A stretch of DNA of 64,000 bases from Deltaproteobacteria bacterium (lineage in GTDB: Bacteria; Myxococcota; Kuafuiibacteriia; Kuafuiibacteriales; Kuafuiibacteriaceae), in assembly GCA_040218735.1 (NCBI GenBank), contig JAVJQW010000018.1:256001-320000 (forward strand), in the 5' to 3' direction. Under the pieces are notes generated by a model, which saw nothing but the letters and a program-made list of their open reading frames with translations, had not been told where the DNA came from and ran no database searches. Below, one piece after another: positions 1 through 9,027 of the stretch (within the stretch, counting starts at the first letter, position 1; the number at the start of each line of letters is the position of its first letter). The translations under genes and the position numbers were made by a program.

Positions 1-2
1 CC

Positions 3-509
3 GCACGCGCGTTCATCGACGAGGTCTCCGCCGAGTACGCCGACGCCACGCACAACTGCTGGGCCTATGTCGTCGGTCCGCCGGGGAGCACCGCGAACAT
101 CGGCATGAGCGACGACGGCGAGCCACACAACACGGCGGGGCGCCCGATGCTGAACGTGTTGTTGCACGCGGACGTCGGCGACGTCGTCGCGGTGGTCACG
201 CGGTACTTCGGCGGTACCAAGCTCGGTCGGGGCGGCCTCGTGCGCGCGTACGGTGGTGCGGTGCAGGCGGCGCTCGACGCCGCGGCGCGGACGGAGCGGG
301 TCGCCTGGTCGCAGCACGTCCTCACGTTCGATTACGCCGCCAAGCAGGCCCTCGAGAAACACTACCCCACGTTCGAGGTGGTCGTGGACGAGGAGATCTT
401 CGGGGCCCAGATCCAGCACCGCGTCCGCCTCCCCGAGCCGAAGGTCGAGGCCTTCCTCGCCGCCGCGAACGACGCGACCCGCGGGCAGGTCGTCGTCGAA
501 GACGCCTGA
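3..509 (+). CDS. yigZ: YigZ/IMPACT family protein, 5' end truncated by window edge
   Basis: Frame reads ADATHNCWAY...SDDGEPHNTAGRPML...VVTRYFGGTKLGRGGLVRAY, the UPF0029 signature; ORF open to the window start. Confidence 0.93.
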   Translation, partial: ARAFIDEVSAEYADATHNCWAYVVGPPGSTANIGMSDDGEPHNTAGRPMLNVLLHADVGDVVAVVTRYFGGTKLGRGGLVRAYGGAVQAALDAAARTERVAWSQHVLTFDYAAKQALEKHYPTFEVVVDEEIFGAQIQHRVRLPEPKVEAFLAAANDATRGQVVVEDA

Positions 510-550
510 CCTTGCCAGCCACCCCGAGGCGTTGTTACGCGAGCACGACG

Positions 551-1549
551 ATGGATCTCGACCTCACCGAAGACCAACGGATGATCCTCGACTCGGTGCG
601 CCGCTTCGCGACGGAGCGCCTCGCGCCGAACGCCTACGCCCACGACGCCGAGGTCGGCGTGCCGCGCGCCGTCTACGGTGAGCTCGCGGAGCTAGGGCTC
701 ATGGGGATGTACGTCCCCGGCGACGACGGCGGCGCCGAGCTCGACACGATCACCGGCTGCCTCGTCGTCGAGGAGCTGTCGCGTCAGGACGCCTCGGTCG
801 GCGCGCTCGTCGGTCTGCACAACGGCGTCGTGCTGCCGCACGTCCGCGCGGCGGGCGACGAAGCGAAGGCCCAGTGGCAGGACCGCTTGATCGGCGGCGA
901 GGCGCTCGGCGCCGTGCTCCCCGGCTGCGCGGACGGCGCGTACACGAATCACTTCGTGCTCGGCGGTGACGCCGACCTCTTCGTCGGCGTCGGGGACTCC
1001 GCTCGTCTGTTCGAGGCATCGGCGGTCGAGGTCACGCCGATCGACAACCCGCTCGGGCTGCGCGGCGCGCGACCGGCGCGGGTGAAGGTCGAGGCGAAGG
1101 GCCCGACGTACGCGGCGCAGTCGCGCGCGGCGATCGACGTGCACCTCGCCGCGGTCGCGGTGGGCATCGGGCGCGGCGCGCTCGAGCAGGCGACGAGCTA
1201 CGCGCTCGAGCGCAAGCAGTTCAAACGACCCATCTCCGACTTCCAGGCCATCCAGTGGATGCTCGCGGACATGGCGACGGAGCTCGACGCCGCGCGGCTC
1301 CTCGTGCACCTCGCCGCTCACCGGACCGACGAGGGCACGGCGGACGCCTCGAAGGCACGTTTGTTCGCGACGGAGGCCGCGACGCGCGCGGCGATGAAGG
1401 CGATCCAGATCTACGGCGGCAACGGGTTCGTGCGTGAGTTCCCGGTCGAGCGCTTCCTGCGCGACGCCAAGACCCTCGGGACGATCGACGGCACCGTCGA
1501 CCGCCACCGCGACGTGATCGCTGCGTCGTTGCTCGCCGCAGTCAGCTGA
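551..1549 (+). CDS. Acyl-CoA dehydrogenase family protein
   Basis: LTEDQRMI..SVRRFA N-terminus, YALERKQFKRPISDFQAIQWMLADM, AIQIYGGNGFVREFPVERFLRDAK; start placed at ATG 551. Confidence 0.92.
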   Translation: MDLDLTEDQRMILDSVRRFATERLAPNAYAHDAEVGVPRAVYGELAELGLMGMYVPGDDGGAELDTITGCLVVEELSRQDASVGALVGLHNGVVLPHVRAAGDEAKAQWQDRLIGGEALGAVLPGCADGAYTNHFVLGGDADLFVGVGDSARLFEASAVEVTPIDNPLGLRGARPARVKVEAKGPTYAAQSRAAIDVHLAAVAVGIGRGALEQATSYALERKQFKRPISDFQAIQWMLADMATELDAARLLVHLAAHRTDEGTADASKARLFATEAATRAAMKAIQIYGGNGFVREFPVERFLRDAKTLGTIDGTVDRHRDVIAASLLAAVS

Positions 1550-1554
1550 CGCCG

Positions 1555-2892
1555 TCAGCTCAGATCGTCCGACTCGGTCAGGCTCATCGCGCCCGTGCCC
1601 GCGGACGCGACGCTCAGCGCTCCCGCCGTGTCTCCTTCGTCGACGAGGGTGAGCGCACCGGCGTGTGCGCGCGCGCGTGTGCGGATCGCCGAGATCGCCT
1701 TCTTCGCGGCGCGGCGCGGCTCCGAGAACGCGGGGTCGGCGCCGGACGCGAGGGACTCGAGCCACGGCATGCTCATCGCCGTGCCGATCTCTTCCAGCGC
1801 GGTGACCGCGGCGGCCATCGTCCCCGCGGTCGACATGTCGCCGTAGAAGCGCTGCAACAGCGCGAGCAGGGAGCGCTCCAGCTCCGAGCCGCGCGCGAGG
1901 GTGGCCGCGCGGATCACGAGATCGCTGTGGGCGGTGCTCGGTGTCAGTCGATCGAGCAGACGCGTGAACACCACGGGAGTCCCGTGTTCGAGCAACCACT
2001 CGGTCGCGCGGCGCGCCATCTCGCGTGACGAAGCGAGCGCCGCGGTCTCGAGCAGCGGTGACAGCTCGTCCCACGGCTCGTGCGCGAGGAGCTGCTCGAA
2101 GGCCTCGACGCGCTCTTCGTTTCGCTCGCCGATGATGACGAAGCGCTTGAGGTAGTTGCGGCCGTCCTCGTTGTCGAGCGCGCGCGCCGCCAGGAACGCG
2201 TTGCGTGCGACGGGATCCTCCAGGGCCCGCGTGAGCGTCTCGACGGTGCGGTCCTCTCCGCGGTGTCGCTGCAGGAGCAGCGCGAGGAGGTGGCGTCGCA
2301 CGAGCGGGTGGCTGTCCCCGAGCGCCCCCTCGTGCACGCGGTCGAGCTCGTACCCATTCGAGTCCGCGAACACCCGCGCGAGCTCGACGACGCGATCGAT
2401 CGCGATCAGCAACATCCGCGAGTCGTGCCCGGTGGTGCGGAAGTGAATCGTCCCGTCCTCGACCTCGGTCCCGAGGAGGCGCGTGAGCGTCTCACGCGTC
2501 GAGCTGCTCATCAGCGCGGCGACCTCGGCCTTGGGGCCGCACACCGCGAACAGCGAGTCGAAGTAACGATCCCCCGTCGTGACCCGCTCGTCGTCTGCGC
2601 GCGCTCGGTAGCGCGCGGCGGGCGCGATGCGCAGCCACTTCGGGATGCGCTCGTCGCTCTCCAAGAAGATGCGCGCCGCGTCCGAGTGCCCTTCGACCGT
2701 CAGCGTGAAGCCGTGGACCGGCCCGACGAGCTTCGTCGCGCCGCGGGAAGGCGCGGGGAGGGCGAGGTGCTCCGCGACCTCGTCGAGCGCCAGCGGCGAC
2801 GGCCCCGCACGCGCGGGCAACGCGGGGCGCCCGACGGCGAAGTACCCCGCGACCGTCATGGCCACGAGCAAGAACAGCTCGAACGCACCCAC
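1555..2892 (-). CDS. Membrane-anchored hypothetical protein with HEAT/ARM-like helical repeats
   Basis: N-terminal TM helix; helical repeats such as DSHPLVRRHLL, EDPVARNAFLAARAL, AAVTALEEIG; C-terminal GALT/GALS/GAMS repeats. Confidence 0.6.
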   Translation of the reverse strand: MGAFELFLLVAMTVAGYFAVGRPALPARAGPSPLALDEVAEHLALPAPSRGATKLVGPVHGFTLTVEGHSDAARIFLESDERIPKWLRIAPAARYRARADDERVTTGDRYFDSLFAVCGPKAEVAALMSSSTRETLTRLLGTEVEDGTIHFRTTGHDSRMLLIAIDRVVELARVFADSNGYELDRVHEGALGDSHPLVRRHLLALLLQRHRGEDRTVETLTRALEDPVARNAFLAARALDNEDGRNYLKRFVIIGERNEERVEAFEQLLAHEPWDELSPLLETAALASSREMARRATEWLLEHGTPVVFTRLLDRLTPSTAHSDLVIRAATLARGSELERSLLALLQRFYGDMSTAGTMAAAVTALEEIGTAMSMPWLESLASGADPAFSEPRRAAKKAISAIRTRARAHAGALTLVDEGDTAGALSVASAGTGAMSLTESDDLS

Positions 2893-2953
2893 GTCCCCCC
2901 ATCGTGCCAGCCGTGTCCCTGCGTCGAAAAGATCCCGGTGCTAACCTCGCCGA

Positions 2954-4498
2954 ATGGCGGGACTCTCCAGGCACCTGTTCGTCGTCGCCGTCCTGCTCGC
3001 CGGGTGCTCCGGCGCGACCGAGGTCCCCACTCCCCGCGACGCCGGTGACGCCAGCGCCCCGGACGACGACGCCGGTTTTCGCGACGGAGGATTCACACGC
3101 GACGCCGGACCTCCGCCCGACGCCGGTACCGAGGACGCGGGCGTCCGCGACGGCGGCGCCCGCGACGCGGGCGGCGTGCCGCGTCGCTGTGATCGCGCGC
3201 GCGCGCCCATCGCGGGCGGCGGCGCGAGCACCGAACCGCTCGCCGGCGAGCTCGAGGTGTTCCTCGTGGATCGCGCGACCGGCGACCCGGTGGTGCAGGC
3301 CGACGTCGTCGTCCACGTCGGGACGTCTTCGATCGCGGATCGAACGGATGGCGTGGGGTGCGTCGTCTTCGTGGACCCCATCCTCACGGGCACCGTCTCG
3401 GTGAGTGTGTTCGACACACGCTACGCGTACCGCACCGTCGTGGGCTTCGCGCGCGACCGCGTCACGATGCCGATGTTCAACGTCGGCTCGGGCGCGCCGG
3501 CCGTTCGTCAGGGGCGGGTGCTCGGGATCGTCGACGGGTTCGACGTCCTCACTTCGTCCACCGCTGCGCGCGCACGCGTGGGGGTCGTCGAGCCGATCCG
3601 CACCGACGTGTTCCGGAGGGTGTTCACCCAACCGCCGCGCGGCGGCGGCGCGCCGTACCGTCGCAACGTCGCTGCCGTCGGCGGTCCGAGCATGGCGAAC
3701 CTCATCGGCTACGACGTGCTCGTCGACGCGCGGTTCACGAGCGGGCTCGTGGTGTGGGGCGGCACCGAGGACGCCAACGAACGCCTCTTCACGCACCTCG
3801 GTATCTCGACGGGGCTCGCGCTCGAGCCGGACGAGATCGAGATGGGCCGCGGCCTCGCGATCATGCAGCCCCTCGACACCCCGATCGTCGTGCGCCACGG
3901 CGCCGCGCTCGGTCTGATCGAGAAGCGCTTCGCGGCCACGCTCGTCCTCGCGGACGGTGAAGTCATCGAGCTGGCGCGCGAGGTTCGGCGCGAAGATTCG
4001 ACGCCGACGTTGCTCGCGGCTGCACCGTCCCTCGCCGGTCCCATTGCGGGCGCACGGTACGGTGGCGTCGTGACGGAGTGGCAGCAGTCGATGGACCGCG
4101 GGGCGTTCAGCACCATCGTCTTCACGAACACCACGACGAGCACCACGGTCGACGTCGGCCGAATGCCCGCGCTCCCGACGTTGAGCTCCGAGGGGCGCGA
4201 CGTGACGATCACCGTGGAGCCGGACGTCGCGTCCTACGTGCGCTTCGAGATCTCCAACCGCTGGGTGGTGACCGTCGCCGACGGCGCGTCGACGGTGAGC
4301 GTCCCGCCCGTGCCCGCGCCGTACTTCGATCCGCTCTCGGCGCAGACCGCGGTCGTCGTCACCGCGTTGGGGCTCGCGCCGCTCGACCTCCAGGTGCTCG
4401 CCGCCCAGGACCCGTACGCGGAGGACCTCCCGTTGGTGCCCGAGCTCGCGCGTGCGATCCGGCGGTGGGTTCAGGACGGCTTCGTCCTCGAACCGTGA
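2954..4498 (+). CDS. Hypothetical lipoprotein
   Basis: Lipobox LLAGC, then a DAG/DGG low-complexity linker and a beta-rich body. Confidence 0.7.
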   Translation: MAGLSRHLFVVAVLLAGCSGATEVPTPRDAGDASAPDDDAGFRDGGFTRDAGPPPDAGTEDAGVRDGGARDAGGVPRRCDRARAPIAGGGASTEPLAGELEVFLVDRATGDPVVQADVVVHVGTSSIADRTDGVGCVVFVDPILTGTVSVSVFDTRYAYRTVVGFARDRVTMPMFNVGSGAPAVRQGRVLGIVDGFDVLTSSTAARARVGVVEPIRTDVFRRVFTQPPRGGGAPYRRNVAAVGGPSMANLIGYDVLVDARFTSGLVVWGGTEDANERLFTHLGISTGLALEPDEIEMGRGLAIMQPLDTPIVVRHGAALGLIEKRFAATLVLADGEVIELAREVRREDSTPTLLAAAPSLAGPIAGARYGGVVTEWQQSMDRGAFSTIVFTNTTTSTTVDVGRMPALPTLSSEGRDVTITVEPDVASYVRFEISNRWVVTVADGASTVSVPPVPAPYFDPLSAQTAVVVTALGLAPLDLQVLAAQDPYAEDLPLVPELARAIRRWVQDGFVLEP

Positions 4499-5896
4499 TC
4501 ATTCGTTGCAGCTGACGAACGGGGCTTCGAGCTCGAGGACGTCGGCGAAGAACGTCCCGAAGAAGTCGATCTGGTTCACGAGCACGTAGGTCTGCTCGTC
4601 GATCGCGACGAGGTCGCGGTTGTAGCCGTCGACGAGGATGACGTCGTCGTTGTCGTCGACCTCACCGCACACCCCTCGCGCTTCGTCCCAGAAGCTCGCG
4701 AAGCTCGCCGGCGGGTTGAAGCCGACGACCCGCGTGACCCAGATGGCCGGACCGACGGCGGCGGAAGCGACGGGATAACCTTGGACCTCGTACTGCTCGC
4801 GCCAGGCGCCGTCGCTGTAGATGAAGACGAGCCCCTGCAGGCCGAAACGCCCGGTCGCGACCGTCGCCACCGTCCCGTACCTGGGGTGTTGGAGCACCGA
4901 GGTGACCGCGCCGCGCCCCTCGATGTTCTCGCTCGACACCGCTCCGTTCTTGTAACGCGTGATGTCCGCGTCGCGTTCGACGTCGAAGGCGATCGCCTCC
5001 CCCGGTCCGACCCACGCGGCCGAGATGATGGGGTCGCCGTTGCCGCTCCGGCTCGCGAGCAGCGTCCAACGATCACCATCGAAGCGGGAGAAGGACCGCT
5101 GGTTCCCCGACGCGACGAGGAACAGCTCGAACGGGCCGTCGTCGTTGGAGCGCGGGCCGACGAGCTGACCGGAGTCCGCGCCCGCCGCGACCGACGCGGT
5201 CGCGCTGAGGACCTCGAAGCCCTCGTCGAACGAACCGATGTACGTCTGGCCCGCGCGATCGACGGCGTAGGTCGTGCCGTCGTCGCGCACGAAGGCCGCG
5301 ACGAAGGGCTGCACGGTTTCGAGGGTTCGTTTCTCGACGGAGCCGTCGCGTGCGATGCGGTAGAGGTTGCCGCTCTGCGCGGCGACGACCACGTGGTCCG
5401 GGTCCGTCCGCACCGTGAACGCGTAGACCTCGGTGTCGGGGTTCGGGAGGATCACCCGCTTCGGCGGGCCGAAGCGCCCCGCGGTGGTGCAGACATCGAC
5501 GGCCGGCATTCGGTCGAGCGCCGACTGCAGGGCTTCGTCGGGCTCCGCCGCGGACCACGCCACGGGGCCGTCCTTCGCCAGCGTCGTCGCGTAGGTCGCG
5601 AGCGGTGGCAGCTCGAACCCGACGTCCGCCGCCGTCGAGCCGATCGGTATGGCGCCGGCGGGCAAGCCGGTACGGTCGAGGGGACACGAGAACGTCAGCG
5701 CCCACAGCTCGAGGTCGCTACGTTGGACGATCGCGGGGAGGTGAAGGCCGTCCTCACCCGCGGGGACACCGATCGCCTGCTCTTGGGCGCCGAGCGCGAC
5801 GAGCACCGCAGACTGCGCGCCGGTGAGGTCGGGCGCGCTGCCCTTCTCGACGGCGTGACAGGCGCAGAGCGCGAGCAGCGGGAGGTGACGTCTCAC
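4499..5896 (-). CDS. Hypothetical lipoprotein, probable C-terminal beta-propeller
   Basis: GTG start at 5896 overlaps the upstream stop (GTGA coupling); signal VRRHLPLLALCAC; short beta repeats (FDGDRW, YSDGAW). The 5' part of the listed 4499..6562 ORF is read-through of another gene. Confidence 0.65.
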   Translation of the reverse strand: MRRHLPLLALCACHAVEKGSAPDLTGAQSAVLVALGAQEQAIGVPAGEDGLHLPAIVQRSDLELWALTFSCPLDRTGLPAGAIPIGSTAADVGFELPPLATYATTLAKDGPVAWSAAEPDEALQSALDRMPAVDVCTTAGRFGPPKRVILPNPDTEVYAFTVRTDPDHVVVAAQSGNLYRIARDGSVEKRTLETVQPFVAAFVRDDGTTYAVDRAGQTYIGSFDEGFEVLSATASVAAGADSGQLVGPRSNDDGPFELFLVASGNQRSFSRFDGDRWTLLASRSGNGDPIISAAWVGPGEAIAFDVERDADITRYKNGAVSSENIEGRGAVTSVLQHPRYGTVATVATGRFGLQGLVFIYSDGAWREQYEVQGYPVASAAVGPAIWVTRVVGFNPPASFASFWDEARGVCGEVDDNDDVILVDGYNRDLVAIDEQTYVLVNQIDFFGTFFADVLELEAPFVSCNE

Positions 5897-6492
5897 GGGC
5901 GCTCCACCGCGCTCTCTTCGGGGATGTCGTCGGGTTCGGTGCGGTACGCCTGGAGCTTCCCTTCGATGACGAGCTGCGGCTCGCCTTCCCGGAGATCGTA
6001 GACGCGCATCTGTACGGGGCCGACGTCGCGCGCGTAGGTCCACTCGACCTTGTGGATGTCGCCGAGGATCTCGATCACCACGATGCAGTCGTCGAACTTG
6101 CCAGCGGGCACCTCGACCGTCGCGCCCACCTCGGCGATGCGCACGATGCCGCCGATCGGGATCTCCCAGCGTGCGCCGAGCTCGATCGGGTCCTTCAGCA
6201 GGTGGTAGCGCGACTCGGGTTTGAAGATGCCGTCCGGGACGAGGTGATAGGTGACGCGCTCGCGGATGGAGTCGATCGTGAACTGCTCGGCGGTTACGTC
6301 GGTCATGCGCGAGGTGACGAGCACCGGCCCCTGGCCCTCGATACGGTGGTCCACGACCTGGTGGGCCCATGCGTTGCCGTCGCGCACCGGGTAGTAGTCG
6401 CGCGCGGTCGCGGGACCCTGAGGCTCGGCGCCGTTCGGCTGCGCGCCCGCGCACGCCACCGCCAACAAACACCCTCCGGCCCACCACCGCAT
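5893..6492 (-). CDS. Hypothetical lipoprotein (DUF3108-like beta-rich fold)
   Basis: MRWWAGGCLLAVAC lipobox; YYPVRDGNAW, VEVPAGKFDDC and YARDVGPV motifs; alternative start at 6507. Confidence 0.7.
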   Translation of the reverse strand: MRWWAGGCLLAVACAGAQPNGAEPQGPATARDYYPVRDGNAWAHQVVDHRIEGQGPVLVTSRMTDVTAEQFTIDSIRERVTYHLVPDGIFKPESRYHLLKDPIELGARWEIPIGGIVRIAEVGATVEVPAGKFDDCIVVIEILGDIHKVEWTYARDVGPVQMRVYDLREGEPQLVIEGKLQAYRTEPDDIPEESAVERP

Positions 6493-6567
6493 CGCGGCCG
6501 AGAGCATAACCGAATTCGGGCGCAGGCTCCGCGCGACGCCTTGCGGCGGGGGACGGGCGCACGGAAG

Positions 6568-9027
6568 ATGCGCACCATGGACCTCGGCCGGGTCGTGCTC
6601 ATCGCGGCGGTCCTCGGGCCGGCCTGCCACCCTACCCACGCGGTCACGCTCCCTACGCCGCCCGCCGACGCGCAGTCGGGGGTGATCGCTTTCGACGACG
6701 TGGGCGGCGCCACCGCCGTGGGGTTCTCCGTCGAAACGCCGCCGCCGGCCGCCACCGTGTCGGCGGGCGCCGATGTCCTGGTGTTGTACTTCGACCGCCC
6801 GCTCGAGTCCCTGGGGCTCGCCCGCGGTCCGATCGAGCTGGGCGATGCGCTGCCGTTCCCGCGCGCGACGGTCGCGCACGCCGCCGAGGTCACGCGCGGC
6901 GCGCTCGTCTTCGAGTCGGTGGACGTCGATGCACCGGAGGTCCTCGCGCTGCGTCGCCCCGAGGTTCCGCTGGAGGCGTGCTTCGAAGGGGGCGGGTGTT
7001 ACGCGAGGCCGGAGGACATCGCCGCCCGGATCTGCACCGCGCCGTGTCCGGGTGTCGCGCCGATGCTCCCCGAGCCGGCCGCGCCCCCCGAGCCACCGAG
7101 CTTCGACGAGTGCCCGAGCGGGTGGAGCGGCGGCGCGAACGGGTGTGTCCCGCCGCCGCGGTCGCCGTGTGCGGCGCACGAGGCGCAGTGGGTCGGGGCG
7201 ACGGCGTGTGCGCGGATCGGCGGCGTGTGTCCGGGGGTCGGGGCGTGGTCGGCGGAGCTGCCGCCGGGGAATGTCGTCTACGTGCGCGCGGGCGCGGTCG
7301 GCGGCGACGGGACGACCGCGACGCCGTACGGGACGATCGTCGAGGCGATCGCGCAGAGCTCGGGGGAGCGCGTCGTCGCGTTGGCGCCCGGGACCTACGC
7401 GGAGAACGTCGTGCTCGAAGACGGCGTGACGTTGTTCGGCGCGTGTGTCGAATCGACGTTCGTCGAAGCACCGAACGGCGTCGCGATCTCGCTCCCGACG
7501 GGCGTCGCCCGCGTCGCGAACCTCACGGTGCGCGGCGCGCGGCTCGCGCTGGAGACACTCGCGACGCAGCCGGGCAACCGGCTCACCCTCGAAGACCTCG
7601 CCGTCGAACAGAACGGAACGGGGGCGATCGTCCGGGGCGTCGGGCCGGTCGAGCTCATCGCGCGGCGGGTGGTGGTGCGCGGCGGAGGCGAGGCGGCGTT
7701 CAACCTCGGCGGCGGCGCGACGGGCGACCTCGCGCAGGTGGTCACGCAAGTCCGCGGTCGAGACCTGTGGGCGACGGGCGCAGACACCCACGTCGTGTTG
7801 TCCGAAGCCGTGCTCGCGGAGGTCGGCAGCGGCGGGGACCCGACCGCGATCGACGTGCAGCAGAGCGCGCACGTCGACGCGACGGCGGTCGCCGTGTTGC
7901 GTCAGGTGGGGCCGGCGTTGCGTGCGCGCGAGCTCGGGACGGCGACCCTCGAAGGTGTCTACATCGATCAGACGAACGGTGACGCCGTGCGCGCGCAGGG
8001 CGGCGGCATCATCCGGCTGTCACGCGCGTCGATCGCCGGGACGGCCGGGACCGCGTTGGACGTCGAGACCGGGACCGTCGCGTGCACCGACGTCGCGATC
8101 GCAGCAGCGCGCGCGGCGGCGCCCGCGATCGATCTCGTCGCCGCCGCGCAGCTCACGCTCCGTCGCGTGCACCTGGAGGGTGCGATCGGGACGGGCCTCG
8201 TCGCCTACAACGTCGGGACGCGCATCGTCGCGGAAGACTTCTCGGTCGTCGACACACGACCGCGAAGCGGCGCACCGACGCCGTCCGGTGACGCCATCAC
8301 GCTCTACCCCGGCGTCCGCTTCGACATGCGTCGGGTGCGGATCGACGACGCCGTGGCCGCGGGGTTTCAGGTCCTCGGGTCGCGCGACGTTCCTCCCGGC
8401 CCGCTCGCGTCCGGGCACATCGAGGACCTCACGATTCGGCGCACGGGGCCCCGCATCGACTACGACGCGTACGGGCTGTACTTCACCGGGAACGTCGAAG
8501 CCGAAGTCGAGCGCGCGCACTTGGAGGACATCGCGTACTTCGGCGTGCTCGTCGCGGGCGGGGCGGTCGTGCGCGCAATGCATCTGACGCTGGAGGACGT
8601 CTTCATGGGCGTGCGAAGCGACTCCGTGGGCGACGTCAGCGTGGAGCGGGTGTCGGTCGTCGGCTCGCGCGCGGGCGCGCTGTGTGTGAAGGGCGACAGC
8701 CACGCCTTCGCGCGGGACGTGACGATCGCGGACCTCGTGGTGCGCCGCGACTCGGACGACTTCGAAGCGTTCTGTGCGATCGGCGTCCCGGCCGACGGCT
8801 CCGGCATCGTCGTGAACAACATCGCGACGCTCGACCTCGCGCGGTACAGCGTCGCGCGCACCGAAGGGATCGGGATGTCGTTGCGCGGGCGTGAGGGGGT
8901 CGTCGCGACGGACGGAGCGTTCGTCGACGTCGGCTTGGCGGCGCAGCTCGCGCCCGAGCTGTTGCTCGAAGACGTGCTCGTGCGGACGACGTTCGGCGGA
9001 GCGGGTGTGCCGCTCGACGTGCAGTGA
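6568..9027 (+). CDS. Cys-rich lipoprotein with right-handed parallel beta-helix (DUF1565/pectin-lyase-like)
   Basis: Lipobox LGPAC; Cys/Pro-rich segment; YVRAGAVGGDGTTATPYGTIVEA..VALAPGTYAE beta-helix cap; then about 550 aa of beta-helix repeats. Confidence 0.75.
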   Translation: MRTMDLGRVVLIAAVLGPACHPTHAVTLPTPPADAQSGVIAFDDVGGATAVGFSVETPPPAATVSAGADVLVLYFDRPLESLGLARGPIELGDALPFPRATVAHAAEVTRGALVFESVDVDAPEVLALRRPEVPLEACFEGGGCYARPEDIAARICTAPCPGVAPMLPEPAAPPEPPSFDECPSGWSGGANGCVPPPRSPCAAHEAQWVGATACARIGGVCPGVGAWSAELPPGNVVYVRAGAVGGDGTTATPYGTIVEAIAQSSGERVVALAPGTYAENVVLEDGVTLFGACVESTFVEAPNGVAISLPTGVARVANLTVRGARLALETLATQPGNRLTLEDLAVEQNGTGAIVRGVGPVELIARRVVVRGGGEAAFNLGGGATGDLAQVVTQVRGRDLWATGADTHVVLSEAVLAEVGSGGDPTAIDVQQSAHVDATAVAVLRQVGPALRARELGTATLEGVYIDQTNGDAVRAQGGGIIRLSRASIAGTAGTALDVETGTVACTDVAIAAARAAAPAIDLVAAAQLTLRRVHLEGAIGTGLVAYNVGTRIVAEDFSVVDTRPRSGAPTPSGDAITLYPGVRFDMRRVRIDDAVAAGFQVLGSRDVPPGPLASGHIEDLTIRRTGPRIDYDAYGLYFTGNVEAEVERAHLEDIAYFGVLVAGGAVVRAMHLTLEDVFMGVRSDSVGDVSVERVSVVGSRAGALCVKGDSHAFARDVTIADLVVRRDSDDFEAFCAIGVPADGSGIVVNNIATLDLARYSVARTEGIGMSLRGREGVVATDGAFVDVGLAAQLAPELLLEDVLVRTTFGGAGVPLDVQ

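Noticed and set aside
4499-7872. Listed ORF extents 4499..6562, 5893..7872 and 6052..9027
   Set aside because: The upstream portions are non-coding read-through; lipobox positions place the real starts at about 5896, 6492 and 6568.
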